A program made the position numbers and the translations under genes. 64,000 nucleotides of DNA, taken from assembly GCF_036588685.1 (NCBI RefSeq), contig NC_086378.1, forward strand, positions 6,758,001-6,822,000, given 5' to 3'. The stretch is from Mytilus trossulus (lineage: Eukaryota). A model generated the notes under the pieces. The model was given only the letters and a program-made list of their open reading frames with translations, ran no database searches and was not told the DNA's origin. Positions 12,259 to 25,254 of the stretch are shown here, in pieces; position 1 is the stretch's first letter; every line of letters begins with the position of its first letter.

Positions 12259-14757
12259 CACTTAAGTAGCTGCCATGTTTTCACTTCATAACAAAGAGAA
12301 ACAAAAATGACGATTATCAATATATTTTCGTAAAATAAAATGATAAAATCGTCCACAGAAAACTAAGTTTATGATTAATACATGCATTGGTTCAAGAATT
12401 GGATAGATATTATTTTTCACCGGTCAGTTGTTTCGTATGACTCAAACGAGTTATGTGGTCTTTTTTTTAAGTTACAAGGCCACACCAATTTAATTTCTTG
12501 TTCTACGGATTTTTGGACTCCAAAAATTGGGGCGAGCGAGCGATTTGAAAATTTTAATAAAAAAATATTTAATTTGAAAATTTTTGAGGCGAAGCTTAAA
12601 AAGTAAAGGCGAGCGATTATAATTTTTTTTTGTAAACATAAAATAGTAGGTTTTGACTATATTAAAACTTGATTTATCACTTGTACCTTGACATTTCTTT
12701 AATTTATGAAGTATTTTTTCCCTGTTCAACAAGAATTAATTGAATAATTAAATCTGGACTATGTATGTGTGATTGACAATGAGACAATTCTCCATCCAAG
12801 TCATAATCAGGTTCAGAACAACCCCTTAATGTTATGAATATCCCTTTTATGAGGGGTCAAAATATTAAAGTTATAATATATTTTTTTTGTAAAAACACTT
12901 TAAGTACAAAAGGGCTTATATTTTCCCCAAAGAACTGTAATATTTGGTATTAAATGGTCAAAACATGTCTAAGAATTTTGTAATATTCCTGGACTTTAAC
13001 CATGCTAACACATTTACTTTAACAGTTTAATATTATTCAAAATAAGTGGACCCATCCCTCTAGAAAAGTTGTTCAAAATATAATGTATTTCTCCTCTTTT
13101 TGAGTAAAAAATTATAAGTTGTCAAAGGTTTTGTATAGTAGCACTGTACAAATCCTTAGTATTTCTATTTTCTTTTCTACAACAGACTGAACAGTAAACA
13201 TGGTAAAATGACCCCTTCATGGCTTCAAGGCCCTTGTCTGAGGGAGGGTTGGTCCCAACCTGATAATAACAAACATAGGTCAAATTACGGCCTTTTACAC
13301 AGTGCTTTGATCAAGACCAACCAGTAAGCTATAAGGGACCACAACTTAGTATTGTACACAATTCGAACAGGAAAACCAACGATCTAAATTATATTTCCAA
13401 ACGGGAAAATACCAATGAACCACATCAACAAACGACAACTGCTGAACGACAGGTCTCTGAATCAACCAGGACAGGTGCACAAACCTGCAGCGGGTATGAC
13501 CGTCACCATACATTATAATTGCAGTTGAAGGCAAATCCTTCAGAAGTTCTTTGTACTTTATTTTAACAACGAACATTTTTTTCAAGGGAATATAAGTTAG
13601 GGGAAAGAAACCAACGTTTTGTTCTGTACTGGTATTTCTATTTATATCGGAGCACTCCCGCTTGGAATAAATTGGTTTCATGCTGAAACAAATATTCTCT
13701 CAGATATTTACAGTGTTGAGGGGTGCTGATATGTTTAAAATCGTTATATAAAGGCTATACTGTGATTTAAAAAAAACAAATGTTGAGATCTAAACCTCGA
13801 TCTTTATATAATATTTACAAAAAAACGCTGCGGGAAATGGACATGATTTCATTTCCGGATGCGGGAAGCGGGAATATAATAAAAATAAAAAAAATCTGTT
13901 TTGAAAAAAATATGTGCGGGCGGGTCCGTCGAACAATGAATCAAATTGGTGTGGCCCAAGGACTTTTATATTTGACATTAAAATCAGAACCACGTTTGAT
14001 GAAAACCAGTATCATATCAAAATGAAAAGGTAGTAACTTAATTCAAACGCTTTAATTTTTTTGTTGTTGTTGTCCATGACGTTATTTCTTTTTATTTCCG
14101 AGTAAGTTGAACATCTACCCTGTGTCATTCTTTAATAAATATACCTGACACATTTGTCGGCAAGTCTTTTAAATACATGTAAATAAAGTGCAAAAAATTC
14201 CAAGTTTTCTATGTTTCCAGGCGTTGTCAGTTTATTTTCGATTTATGAGTTTGACTGTCCCTCTGGTATCTTACGTCTCTCTTTTACTTACTTCTAGTTT
14301 TAATTATTAAAAGTTCGATAACCCGTAGTTTCTGGTGGATCATATGACATGTAATTTTGTTTCTGATGTAGAGTTGTCTCATTGGCAATCATACCATATC
14401 GTCTTATTTTCGTATTGTCAGTACCCTAAGACTTTCAACACCGTATTCACAATGTGTAATTCTTAAATACAAAGATTACTTTCGGCTCAATCTTTTGTCA
14501 TTTCAATTCGTATTCGTAAAATAGTTTGAATATACATTTTAATTCAAAGCGTCAAAATTGCTACAAATTCAGAGTTTGCATGTTCAACTTGTAAGTGATA
14601 CACTGTGTTATGGTGTTAGATGATTTCCTTGGTCAAACTTTACATGAAAACAGCTGTCACCATCAGTATCTATTTCATTTTAAACTGGGAATTAATATTA
14701 ATATTTTGAAATATTCTCTACCATTGTGATAACACAAATTGTGTGTGCAAGTCAAAA

Positions 14758-14950
14758 ATGCAGCAAGTAGTTTTCATAATTGCGGTCTGTGTGTGCTTTA
14801 TGTCAGCTTGTCAAATAACAATATCAGGAGGAAAGTTAAATTCAAATGTCTGTAAAGGGTACGGAAGGCTAGAATCTAAGGTTGATACCCTCGCAGAGAA
14901 GCTTGATCGTAGTCTTGATTTACTCAAGAAAATTGATGATAAAATTAAAG
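14758..14950 (+). CDS. F-type lectin paralogue 1, exon 1 (signal peptide + coiled coil)
   Basis: ATG 14758, MQQVVFIIAVCVCFMSAC, then Leu/Ile/Val-periodic LESKVDTLAEKLDRSLDLLKKI. Donor aaag|gtaatt. 193 nt, phase 1, same length as the paralogue exon at 45278. Confidence 0.85.
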
Positions 14951-16185
14951 GTAATTAATACAAAAAAATATAAATATATTCATTTTTCAGTGCGATCATT
15001 TTTTTTATTATGAAAATTTACTATTGACAGATGTATTTTATAACCATGTGAATATTGCATACTTTGTATGGTTGAGGGTGCATCTAAGTATGAACACATT
15101 TATATCCTACTTATGTAAAAATATCTTGTCTATCATGTTTTGGGATAAGATTTTTGTTTCTCAGTTCTTACCAGGACCAAAAAAAATGATTCCAAAATCA
15201 TCTTGCTATATCAAATTGCCGTCCCTTTTATATTTCAAGCAACACACGTATTATTTAGTTTTCGGTTTAGTGTCTTGCAATACTTGATGGACAACTTTTA
15301 TATTTAAATAAAGGCAACAGTAGTATACCGCTGTTCAAAACTCGTAAATCTATGGACAAAAAACAAAAATGGGGTAACAAACTAAAACTGAGAGAAACGC
15401 ATCAAATATAAGAGGAGAACAACGACACAACATTAAAATGTAACACACACAGAAACGGACTAAGCATTCGACAAAATCCGATGAGAATAACAAATATAAC
15501 ATCAAAACCAAATACATGAATTTGGGAGGGAAAAGTAGCGTGACCCATCTTATAGTAATGTGAGTTCACACTCAAATATAAGAGAAAGAAAACAAACGAC
15601 ACAACATAAACACAACGTTAAATTGTTACACACACAGAAACGAACTATGATATAACAATAGCCATTTTCCTGACTTGGTACAGGACATTTTTCAAGATAA
15701 AAATGATGGATTGAACAGTGACCTATAGTTTAAAATGGTAGAACAAGACAAACATTTTATTTGCATTTGGAATATTGTATTATTTTATCGAGATTTCCTT
15801 TTTAAAACCCTTTCATTTAATATCAACAACGAATATTCATATGGAATTCTGTCCGTTTTGTAACTCGTTTTTCGTGACAAACATGAACAGTCGTTTCATT
15901 GTTTTATATTAAAAAAGAAGATGTGGTATGATTGCCAATGATATAACTCCCCACAATAGACCAAAATGACACAACTATAGGTCACTGTACGGCCTTCAAC
16001 AATAAGCAAAGCCCATACCGCATAGTCTACTCGGGACAGACACACACACACATAATGCGACTGTGTTAAACAAGTCAGCGGGATCCAAACCCTCCCCTAA
16101 CCTGGGGCAGTGGTATAACAGTACAACATAAGAACGAACTTTATTGTCTATTTTTATTGTTCTTTCCCAGCTAGTTAAAGTTTAT

Positions 16186-16332
16186 AAATATATTAGGATT
16201 CCAAGATTTGTTTTCGTGAACTAAATACCATCGACAAGATAATATTCAACATCTGTGTTTTCCATTGGCTGATACATAATTCTAAAAATAACTTTCACAT
16301 AAATTTATATGTATATCGCTTTTGTTTTTATT
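16186..16332 (+). repeat. 147-bp direct repeat, left copy, flanking the palindrome
   Basis: aaatatattaggattcc...gcttttgtttttatt is identical to 25108-25254 (offset 8922). Confidence 0.95.
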
Positions 16333-19300
16333 ATAAACCTCAGATCTATGTACGACCTCAAATCTGTGTCCGTTTCTCAAATCTATGCCCAATCGTGACG
16401 TCAATCGCTAATCTATGTCCATACAAAATTGTTCGACCTCAAATCTGTGGCCGATTTTTAATCATGACGTCATTCGCAAATCTATGTCCTTAAAAAAATA
16501 ATTCGGCCTCAAATCTGTGGCCGATTTTTACTTGTGACGTTTTTCTCAAATCTATGTCCGTTATAAAAGAAAAGGCTTTAAAACTGTAATGTTTGATTCT
16601 TTTTTAGCCATGCGCAAATTTATGCCCGTCTTAAAATTTCGGCCTTCTAGGTTTTTGTCATTCCCATAGTTCAATATTAATTTGGTGGTAGATCTATGTG
16701 TTTTCCATGTGTGTACAAGAGCTTAAGTATCAGTAAATCTTTCGTTTTATGTTGTACTGCTATACCACTGTCCCAGGTTAGGGGAGGGCTGGGATCCCGC
16801 TAACATGTTTAACACCGCCACATTATTTATGTATGTGCATGTCCCAAGTTAGGAGCCTGTAATTCAGTGGTTGTTGTTTGTTCATGTGTTACAGTTTTGT
16901 TAATTTATTTTACATAAATGAGGCCGTTAGTTATCTCGTTTGAGTTTTTTTACATTGTCTTATCGGGCCTTTTATATCTGACTATGAGGTATGGGCTTTG
17001 CTTATTGTTGAAGGCTGTACGGTTACCTGTAGTTGTTAATGTTTGTGTCATTTTGGTCTTTTGTGGACAGTTGTCTCATTGGCAATAATACCACATCTTC
17101 TTTTTTTATACTAGATAGATTATTTTGCTTGTATTTAAAGAGGGACTAAAAAGTCCCTGATTCAAAATATTGTTTTTTAATATAAAAAAGAAGATGTGGT
17201 GTGATTTTTTTTATTTAAGTACGGTTTTGTATGATTTTTGTTTTGATAAAGTAATATCTCCATGTGTGTGGTTAAAATTATGTGTGTGGATTTTATGCCG
17301 CCTTGAAGAATTCAACTACACGTTTTTTCTAACTAAAAAAAATAAAAGAATTACTATTTGTATGCAACTTAAGCGTACTTTAATTGTCTCTAAATTGTTT
17401 CATATTGCTGTTAAATTGACATTCATACCACATTATCTATTGTATGTTACATTAAATATCAATAAAATCATTCTGAATAGTTAAAAATAAAAGTTACGTG
17501 CTCTATATTTTTAATTAAAATATTTGTGAATCACAATAGAGCATATATCAATTGTTTGGTCTTAGCTGATATCTATTTAGTTCAAATGTGAAACTTGTAA
17601 TTATGTCTTTAATCACAAAAATCTTTCCCCGAGAAGGATCATTCTTTATGTTTTGGCATATTCCTTCTCTCCAGAAACCGGATGTAAACACTGCCGTCCC
17701 TTTGTTCATAGCTGGATTTGTTTTGAATTGCAAATACTCCCCAATAGTAGGAGTGAAGATATCCTGATAATTGTCAGAAAACAGTTCAAGAGGATTTATC
17801 TCTAGTTGACGTTTTTGAAAATAGTCCATCAACCCACTATTCATTACAGATTTTCCTCCAGTCTAAAAAAACAAATCATAAAGCAATTTTAAACCATTTG
17901 TATTAATAAATAAAATATCGACATTAACTTTTTTCGTATAAACCACATTGACACTGATAATGAATAGATACATAAAAAGTAAAAGGATAAGAAAATAAAA
18001 TATTAAATTAACATTTGATATTACTATTTACATATCTACATGTATGACTTACGGGAATAGCATTTTCTTTATCGTTGCTATCATTTACAAAGCGCCTTTT
18101 GTAAAGTTCCTTGTAATACGGACTAGCACCTTCCATGGGATCGAGATTATTTTGCATCTGAAAGTACATTAAGTAAAATATGTGGAGAAAAAAATAATTT
18201 AAAAAGAACATCATTAATTTTACATGATTTTTTTCATTTCGATTAGTTTTAATTCATTCAAAGGTGAAAACATGTAAGACGGGTCAACCTAATTTTTTTT
18301 TAAATTAGCGTATAACTTTTTTTCAAAACACACATAGACTATGTACACATGTGCAAAGTAGCAGAAATATTCTATCATACTAAAACATTACTTACAACTT
18401 CTAAAGGTGCAATATCATTTGTTTCCGTAGTAAAGTATGTATCTCCGGTTTCTGTAACTATATGATCATTTTCCAACTGCCTCCCTTTGTTTGTCTCCTG
18501 AACTTCTTGGTGTTCTTCATTAGGTTCCGACACAATATCCATGGCTTCTTTAATAGAAATAAGTTTAAACAAACAAATTAAATAGTACAGTCGATGGTTG
18601 TGTAACGTCCAGTGGCAAATTTAACGCAAACATATAGAATATTAACACAGTAAATTTAAAATATGCTTTTTTTATATAGAGAAGACCGTTGGTTTTCCCG
18701 TTTGAATGGTTTTTACACTAGTTATTTAGGGGCCCTTTATAGCTTGTTGTTCAGTGTGAGGCAATGCTCCGTGTTGAAGGCCGTACATTGACCTATAATG
18801 GTTTACTTTTTTTTTAATTGTTATTTGGAGGGAGAGTTGCCTCATTGGCACTCACACTACATCTTCCTATATCTATTTACATTTATTTTGCTCATAAAAT
18901 TCAATTTCAAAATTAACTTTGTTTAACTAATATCAGAGCCTTAAAAAGTAAAACCTTTCAGATTACTATTGAAGTAAATAAAGACTTATATTATTACCTT
19001 CAAACGTTACATCTCTGTCATTTATGTTTCTTAACATCTCCAAATTTCCATTTTCATCTTCATTTATGTTACTTTCAGGTAATATTTCACCAATCTCTTC
19101 TTCTTCATTCTCTACATCTAAGTGTGCCTGTGCTAGGAACTTTCTTTCATCTTCAGTTAGGAGCACAAATGGAAGCTATAAAATAGAAACGGTTTTATTG
19201 CACGTAATATTTTCACCTTTACTACAATAGATAAATACGTTATATTTTAATACAGTACATGTATTACTTTGGCATTTTATAATATTTTATGATAATTTAT

Positions 19301-20716
19301 GAATAGAATAGGATGAATTTAGTGTTAAACTTTCATATAGTTTCACAAGATGTGTGTGTGTGTGTTACTTTGTTTGTGTTGTGTTGTGTTGTGTTATGTT
19401 TTTTTTTTTTTTTTTTTTTATATATTTCAGCTGTTTAATTCGCCATATATCTTTAAATAAAGCTGTAAGCTAAGTTTATAGTTACCTGTTCATCAATAGG
19501 TGGTGCAAAGTTAGGTCTTTTAAAGTAAAGTTGATATGGTGTAGAAGGCTTTGTACTTTTGTGTACCCTGTTGTTGTAGTTATAATAAAATTCTGGCAAT
19601 TTTGAAGGCCAGTCTTTTTCTAACGACATCTCTTTTCTAAAATATTCAGTAAGTGTTCTATTAAAGCGTTCTACGCGTCCTTGGCTTTGTGGATGATAGG
19701 GACGTCCATGTATCTGTCTGGTCTTAAAAATTGAAACAACTTCAGCCAAGTTTACATTTGTAAATTCTTTGCCGTTGTCACTTTGTAATATTCTTGGCGG
19801 ACCATACAGATATACATATTTTAAAGTTAGTTCCGCTACATCTTTTGCAAATTTTCCTTTTAATGGACCACCAAATGCCAAGCGAGAAAAGCAATCTACT
19901 ATGTTGCAAATGTAGTTTTAACCTCTGACTGGTGGCATTTTCTTCAAGTCTATTTGCCAACGACTGTTAGCATAAGTTGCAGGAATTGGGCGCCTTAAAA
20001 CTGTTGTTTTGGGAATTTCTACTGCATTGTTACAGCCCTGGCAGTTTACGTTTAATTTAAATAGTACCTTGATGCTTTCTCTAACAACAGGAAATACTGT
20101 ACTTCTTAAACAGTCATAAATTGCCTCATATTTTCTATGGTCTTTCGAGTGGTTTTTGTTAATCAGGTGAATTAATTGCTCTTTGTCTAAACATTTTCTA
20201 TGATTGCTATTTAAGTCTTGAGATTTTTTGTAGATACATTTAGATTCTTGATCATAGAAGTAAAGCGATAAAAACTTTTTTACCATTCTGTCCGAAAACG
20301 GCACTCTCAATTCGTCAACAATTTTTTTTGCTCCCCAATTTTGATGTTCTTCTTTGGCCTTTGCAATCTGTACAATGTACGGCATATCAGCCCAAAACGA
20401 TTCTGGATTTGGATCCTTTGAAATACCTTTTTTGCGCTTGTTTGATATAGTGTATCCTTCATTTGGAATAGTGTCCTGCTCCGCCATCATTCTTTTTTTG
20501 CTATGACGTCATATACTTGATGACGTTTTGTTATGTTTAACGTCGATGAAAGGACATAGATTGGAGCCAAAAATGGCCATAGATTTGAGTAAATAAAGGA
20601 CATAGATTTGAGACAATACAGGACATAGATTTGGAAAATCTATGACGCAATATAAAAAGGACATAGATTTGGGGAAAGGACATAGATTTGAGGCCGGACA
20701 TAGATTTGAGGCTTAC
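16332..20716 (-). mobile_element. Ginger-type DNA transposon, left (inverted) arm of the palindrome
   Basis: Reverse complement of 20722-25108, with all ORF pairs identical. Termini are imperfect (outer TAT instead of TGT; inner terminal base missing). Confidence 0.9.
17548..20490 (-). pseudogene. Mirror copy of the five-exon transposase
   Basis: Identical translated ORFs on the minus strand, with the same stop at 19918-19920. Confidence 0.88.
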
Positions 20717-20720
20717 TATT

Positions 20721-23700
20721 TGTAAGCCTCAAATCTATGTCCGGCCTCAAATCTATGTCCTTTCCCCAAATCTATGTCCTTTTTATATTGCGTCATAGAT
20801 TTTCCAAATCTATGTCCTGTATTGTCTCAAATCTATGTCCTTTATTTACTCAAATCTATGGCCATTTTTGGCTCCAATCTATGTCCTTTCATCGACGTTA
20901 AACATAACAAAACGTCATCAAGTATATGACGTCATAGCAAAAAAAGAATGATGGCGGAGCAGGACACTATTCCAAATGAAGGATACACTATATCAAACAA
21001 GCGCAAAAAAGGTATTTCAAAGGATCCAAATCCAGAATCGTTTTGGGCTGATATGCCGTACATTGTACAGATTGCAAAGGCCAAAGAAGAACATCAAAAT
21101 TGGGGAGCAAAAAAAATTGTTGACGAATTGAGAGTGCCGTTTTCGGACAGAATGGTAAAAAAGTTTTTATCGCTTTACTTCTATGATCAAGAATCTAAAT
21201 GTATCTACAAAAAATCTCAAGACTTAAATAGCAATCATAGAAAATGTTTAGACAAAGAGCAATTAATTCACCTGATTAACAAAAACCACTCGAAAGACCA
21301 TAGAAAATATGAGGCAATTTATGACTGTTTAAGAAGTACAGTATTTCCTGTTGTTAGAGAAAGCATCAAGGTACTATTTAAATTAAACGTAAACTGCCAG
21401 GGCTGTAACAATGCAGTAGAAATTCCCAAAACAACAGTTTTAAGGCGCCCAATTCCTGCAACTTATGCTAACAGTCGTTGGCAAATAGACTTGAAGAAAA
21501 TGCCACCAGTCAGAGGTTAAAACTACATTTGCAACATAGTAGATTGCTTTTCTCGCTTGGCATTTGGTGGTCCATTAAAAGGAAAATTTGCAAAAGATGT
21601 AGCGGAACTAACTTTAAAATATGTATATCTGTATGGTCCGCCAAGAATATTACAAAGTGACAACGGCAAAGAATTTACAAATGTAAACTTGGCTGAAGTT
21701 GTTTCAATTTTTAAGACCAGACAGATACATGGACGTCCCTATCATCCACAAAGCCAAGGACGCGTAGAACGCTTTAATAGAACACTTACTGAATATTTTA
21801 GAAAAGAGATGTCGTTAGAAAAAGACTGGCCTTCAAAATTGCCAGAATTTTATTATAACTACAACAACAGGGTACACAAAAGTACAAAGCCTTCTACACC
21901 ATATCAACTTTACTTTAAAAGACCTAACTTTGCACCACCTATTGATGAACAGGTAACTATAAACTTAGCTTACAGCTTTATTTAAAGATATATGGCGAAT
22001 TAAACAGCTGAAATATATAAAAAAAAAAAAAAAAAAAAACATAACACAACACAACACAACACAAACAAAGTAACACACACACACACACATCTTGTGAAAC
22101 TATATGAAAGTTTAACACTAAATTCATCCTATTCTATTCATAAATTATCATAAAATATTATAAAATGCCAAAGTAATACATGTACTGTATTAAAATATAA
22201 CGTATTTATCTATTGTAGTAAAGGTGAAAATATTACGTGCAATAAAACCGTTTCTATTTTATAGCTTCCATTTGTGCTCCTAACTGAAGATGAAAGAAAG
22301 TTCCTAGCACAGGCACACTTAGATGTAGAGAATGAAGAAGAAGAGATTGGTGAAATATTACCTGAAAGTAACATAAATGAAGATGAAAATGGAAATTTGG
22401 AGATGTTAAGAAACATAAATGACAGAGATGTAACGTTTGAAGGTAATAATATAAGTCTTTATTTACTTCAATAGTAATCTGAAAGGTTTTACTTTTTAAG
22501 GCTCTGATATTAGTTAAACAAAGTTAATTTTGAAATTGAATTTTATGAGCAAAATAAATGTAAATAGATATAGGAAGATGTAGTGTGAGTGCCAATGAGG
22601 CAACTCTCCCTCCAAATAACAATTAAAAAAAAAGTAAACCATTATAGGTCAATGTACGGCCTTCAACACGGAGCATTGCCTCACACTGAACAACAAGCTA
22701 TAAAGGGCCCCTAAATAACTAGTGTAAAAACCATTCAAACGGGAAAACCAACGGTCTTCTCTATATAAAAAAAGCATATTTTAAATTTACTGTGTTAATA
22801 TTCTATATGTTTGCGTTAAATTTGCCACTGGACGTTACACAACCATCGACTGTACTATTTAATTTGTTTGTTTAAACTTATTTCTATTAAAGAAGCCATG
22901 GATATTGTGTCGGAACCTAATGAAGAACACCAAGAAGTTCAGGAGACAAACAAAGGGAGGCAGTTGGAAAATGATCATATAGTTACAGAAACCGGAGATA
23001 CATACTTTACTACGGAAACAAATGATATTGCACCTTTAGAAGTTGTAAGTAATGTTTTAGTATGATAGAATATTTCTGCTACTTTGCACATGTGTACATA
23101 GTCTATGTGTGTTTTGAAAAAAAGTTATACGCTAATTTAAAAAAAAATTAGGTTGACCCGTCTTACATGTTTTCACCTTTGAATGAATTAAAACTAATCG
23201 AAATGAAAAAAATCATGTAAAATTAATGATGTTCTTTTTAAATTATTTTTTTCTCCACATATTTTACTTAATGTACTTTCAGATGCAAAATAATCTCGAT
23301 CCCATGGAAGGTGCTAGTCCGTATTACAAGGAACTTTACAAAAGGCGCTTTGTAAATGATAGCAACGATAAAGAAAATGCTATTCCCGTAAGTCATACAT
23401 GTAGATATGTAAATAGTAATATCAAATGTTAATTTAATATTTTATTTTCTTATCCTTTTACTTTTTATGTATCTATTCATTATCAGTGTCAATGTGGTTT
23501 ATACGAAAAAAGTTAATGTCGATATTTTATTTATTAATACAAATGGTTTAAAATTGCTTTATGATTTGTTTTTTTAGACTGGAGGAAAATCTGTAATGAA
23601 TAGTGGGTTGATGGACTATTTTCAAAAACGTCAACTAGAGATAAATCCTCTTGAACTGTTTTCTGACAATTATCAGGATATCTTCACTCCTACTATTGGG

Positions 23701-25108
23701 GAGTATTTGCAATTCAAAACAAATCCAGCTATGAACAAAGGGACGGCAGTGTTTACATCCGGTTTCTGGAGAGAAGGAATATGCCAAAACATAAAGAATG
23801 ATCCTTCTCGGGGAAAGATTTTTGTGATTAAAGACATAATTACAAGTTTCACATTTGAACTAAATAGATATCAGCTAAGACCAAACAATTGATATATGCT
23901 CTATTGTGATTCACAAATATTTTAATTAAAAATATAGAGCACGTAACTTTTATTTTTAACTATTCAGAATGATTTTATTGATATTTAATGTAACATACAA
24001 TAGATAATGTGGTATGAATGTCAATTTAACAGCAATATGAAACAATTTAGAGACAATTAAAGTACGCTTAAGTTGCATACAAATAGTAATTCTTTTATTT
24101 TTTTTAGTTAGAAAAAACGTGTAGTTGAATTCTTCAAGGCGGCATAAAATCCACACACATAATTTTAACCACACACATGGAGATATTACTTTATCAAAAC
24201 AAAAATCATACAAAACCGTACTTAAATAAAAAAAATCACACCACATCTTCTTTTTTATATTAAAAAACAATATTTTGAATCAGGGACTTTTTAGTCCCTC
24301 TTTAAATACAAGCAAAATAATCTATCTAGTATAAAAAAAGAAGATGTGGTATTATTGCCAATGAGACAACTGTCCACAAAAGACCAAAATGACACAAACA
24401 TTAACAACTACAGGTAACCGTACAGCCTTCAACAATAAGCAAAGCCCATACCTCATAGTCAGATATAAAAGGCCCGATAAGACAATGTAAAAAAACTCAA
24501 ACGAGATAACTAACGGCCTCATTTATGTAAAATAAATTAACAAAACTGTAACACATGAACAAACAACAACCACTGAATTACAGGCTCCTAACTTGGGACA
24601 TGCACATACATAAATAATGTGGCGGTGTTAAACATGTTAGCGGGATCCCAGCCCTCCCCTAACCTGGGACAGTGGTATAGCAGTACAACATAAAACGAAA
24701 GATTTACTGATACTTAAGCTCTTGTACACACATGGAAAACACATAGATCTACCACCAAATTAATATTGAACTATGGGAATGACAAAAACCTAGAAGGCCG
24801 AAATTTTAAGACGGGCATAAATTTGCGCATGGCTAAAAAAGAATCAAACATTACAGTTTTAAAGCCTTTTCTTTTATAACGGACATAGATTTGAGAAAAA
24901 CGTCACAAGTAAAAATCGGCCACAGATTTGAGGCCGAATTATTTTTTTAAGGACATAGATTTGCGAATGACGTCATGATTAAAAATCGGCCACAGATTTG
25001 AGGTCGAACAATTTTGTATGGACATAGATTAGCGATTGACGTCACGATTGGGCATAGATTTGAGAAACGGACACAGATTTGAGGTCGTACATAGATCTGA
25101 GGTTTACA
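20721..25108 (+). mobile_element. Ginger-type (Ginger2/TDD-like) DNA transposon, right arm, with complete TGT...ACA termini
   Basis: 5' TGTAAGCCTCAAATCTATGTCCGGCCTCAAATCT and 3' reverse complement TGTAAACCTCAGATCTATGTACGACCTCAAATCT form an imperfect TIR. Subterminal CAAATCTATGTCC arrays at both ends. Integrase gene present, with no gag, RT or LTR. Confidence 0.9.
20948..23892 (+). pseudogene. Five-exon integrase-like transposase (~584 codons) with one in-frame TAA
   Basis: Exons 20948-21952, 22265-22442, 22893-23044, 23283-23387 and 23578-23892, all GT-AG and phase-compatible. HHCC finger (HSKDH...CQGC), WQID, SDNG-x-HGRPYHPQSQGRVER with exact D-35-E spacing. TAA at 21518-21520 is followed in frame by NYICNIVDCFSR. 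Confidence 0.88.
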
Positions 25109-25254
25109 AATATATTAGGATTCCAAGATTTGTTTTCGTGAACTAAATACCATCGACAAGATAATATTCAACATCTGTGTTTTCCATTGGCTGATACATA
25201 ATTCTAAAAATAACTTTCACATAAATTTATATGTATATCGCTTTTGTTTTTATT
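25108..25254 (+). repeat. 147-bp direct repeat, right copy
   Basis: Identical to 16186-16332. Confidence 0.95.

Noticed and set aside
9300-14700. Numerous 60-110-aa ORFs here and elsewhere in introns
   Set aside because: No recognisable motifs or consistent splice signals. Most overlap dispersed repeats or are antisense to real exons.
20540-20890. Regularly repeated 13-bp motif with variable spacers, superficially CRISPR-like
   Set aside because: Repeats are too short, spacers are irregular (about 5-25 bp), there are no cas genes and the context is eukaryotic. They are explained as transposon subterminal repeats.
19453-21985. Integrase as part of an LTR retrotransposon or Maverick
   Set aside because: No gag, protease, RT, LTRs, polB or capsid genes. 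The gene has introns and sits between short TGT...ACA TIRs.
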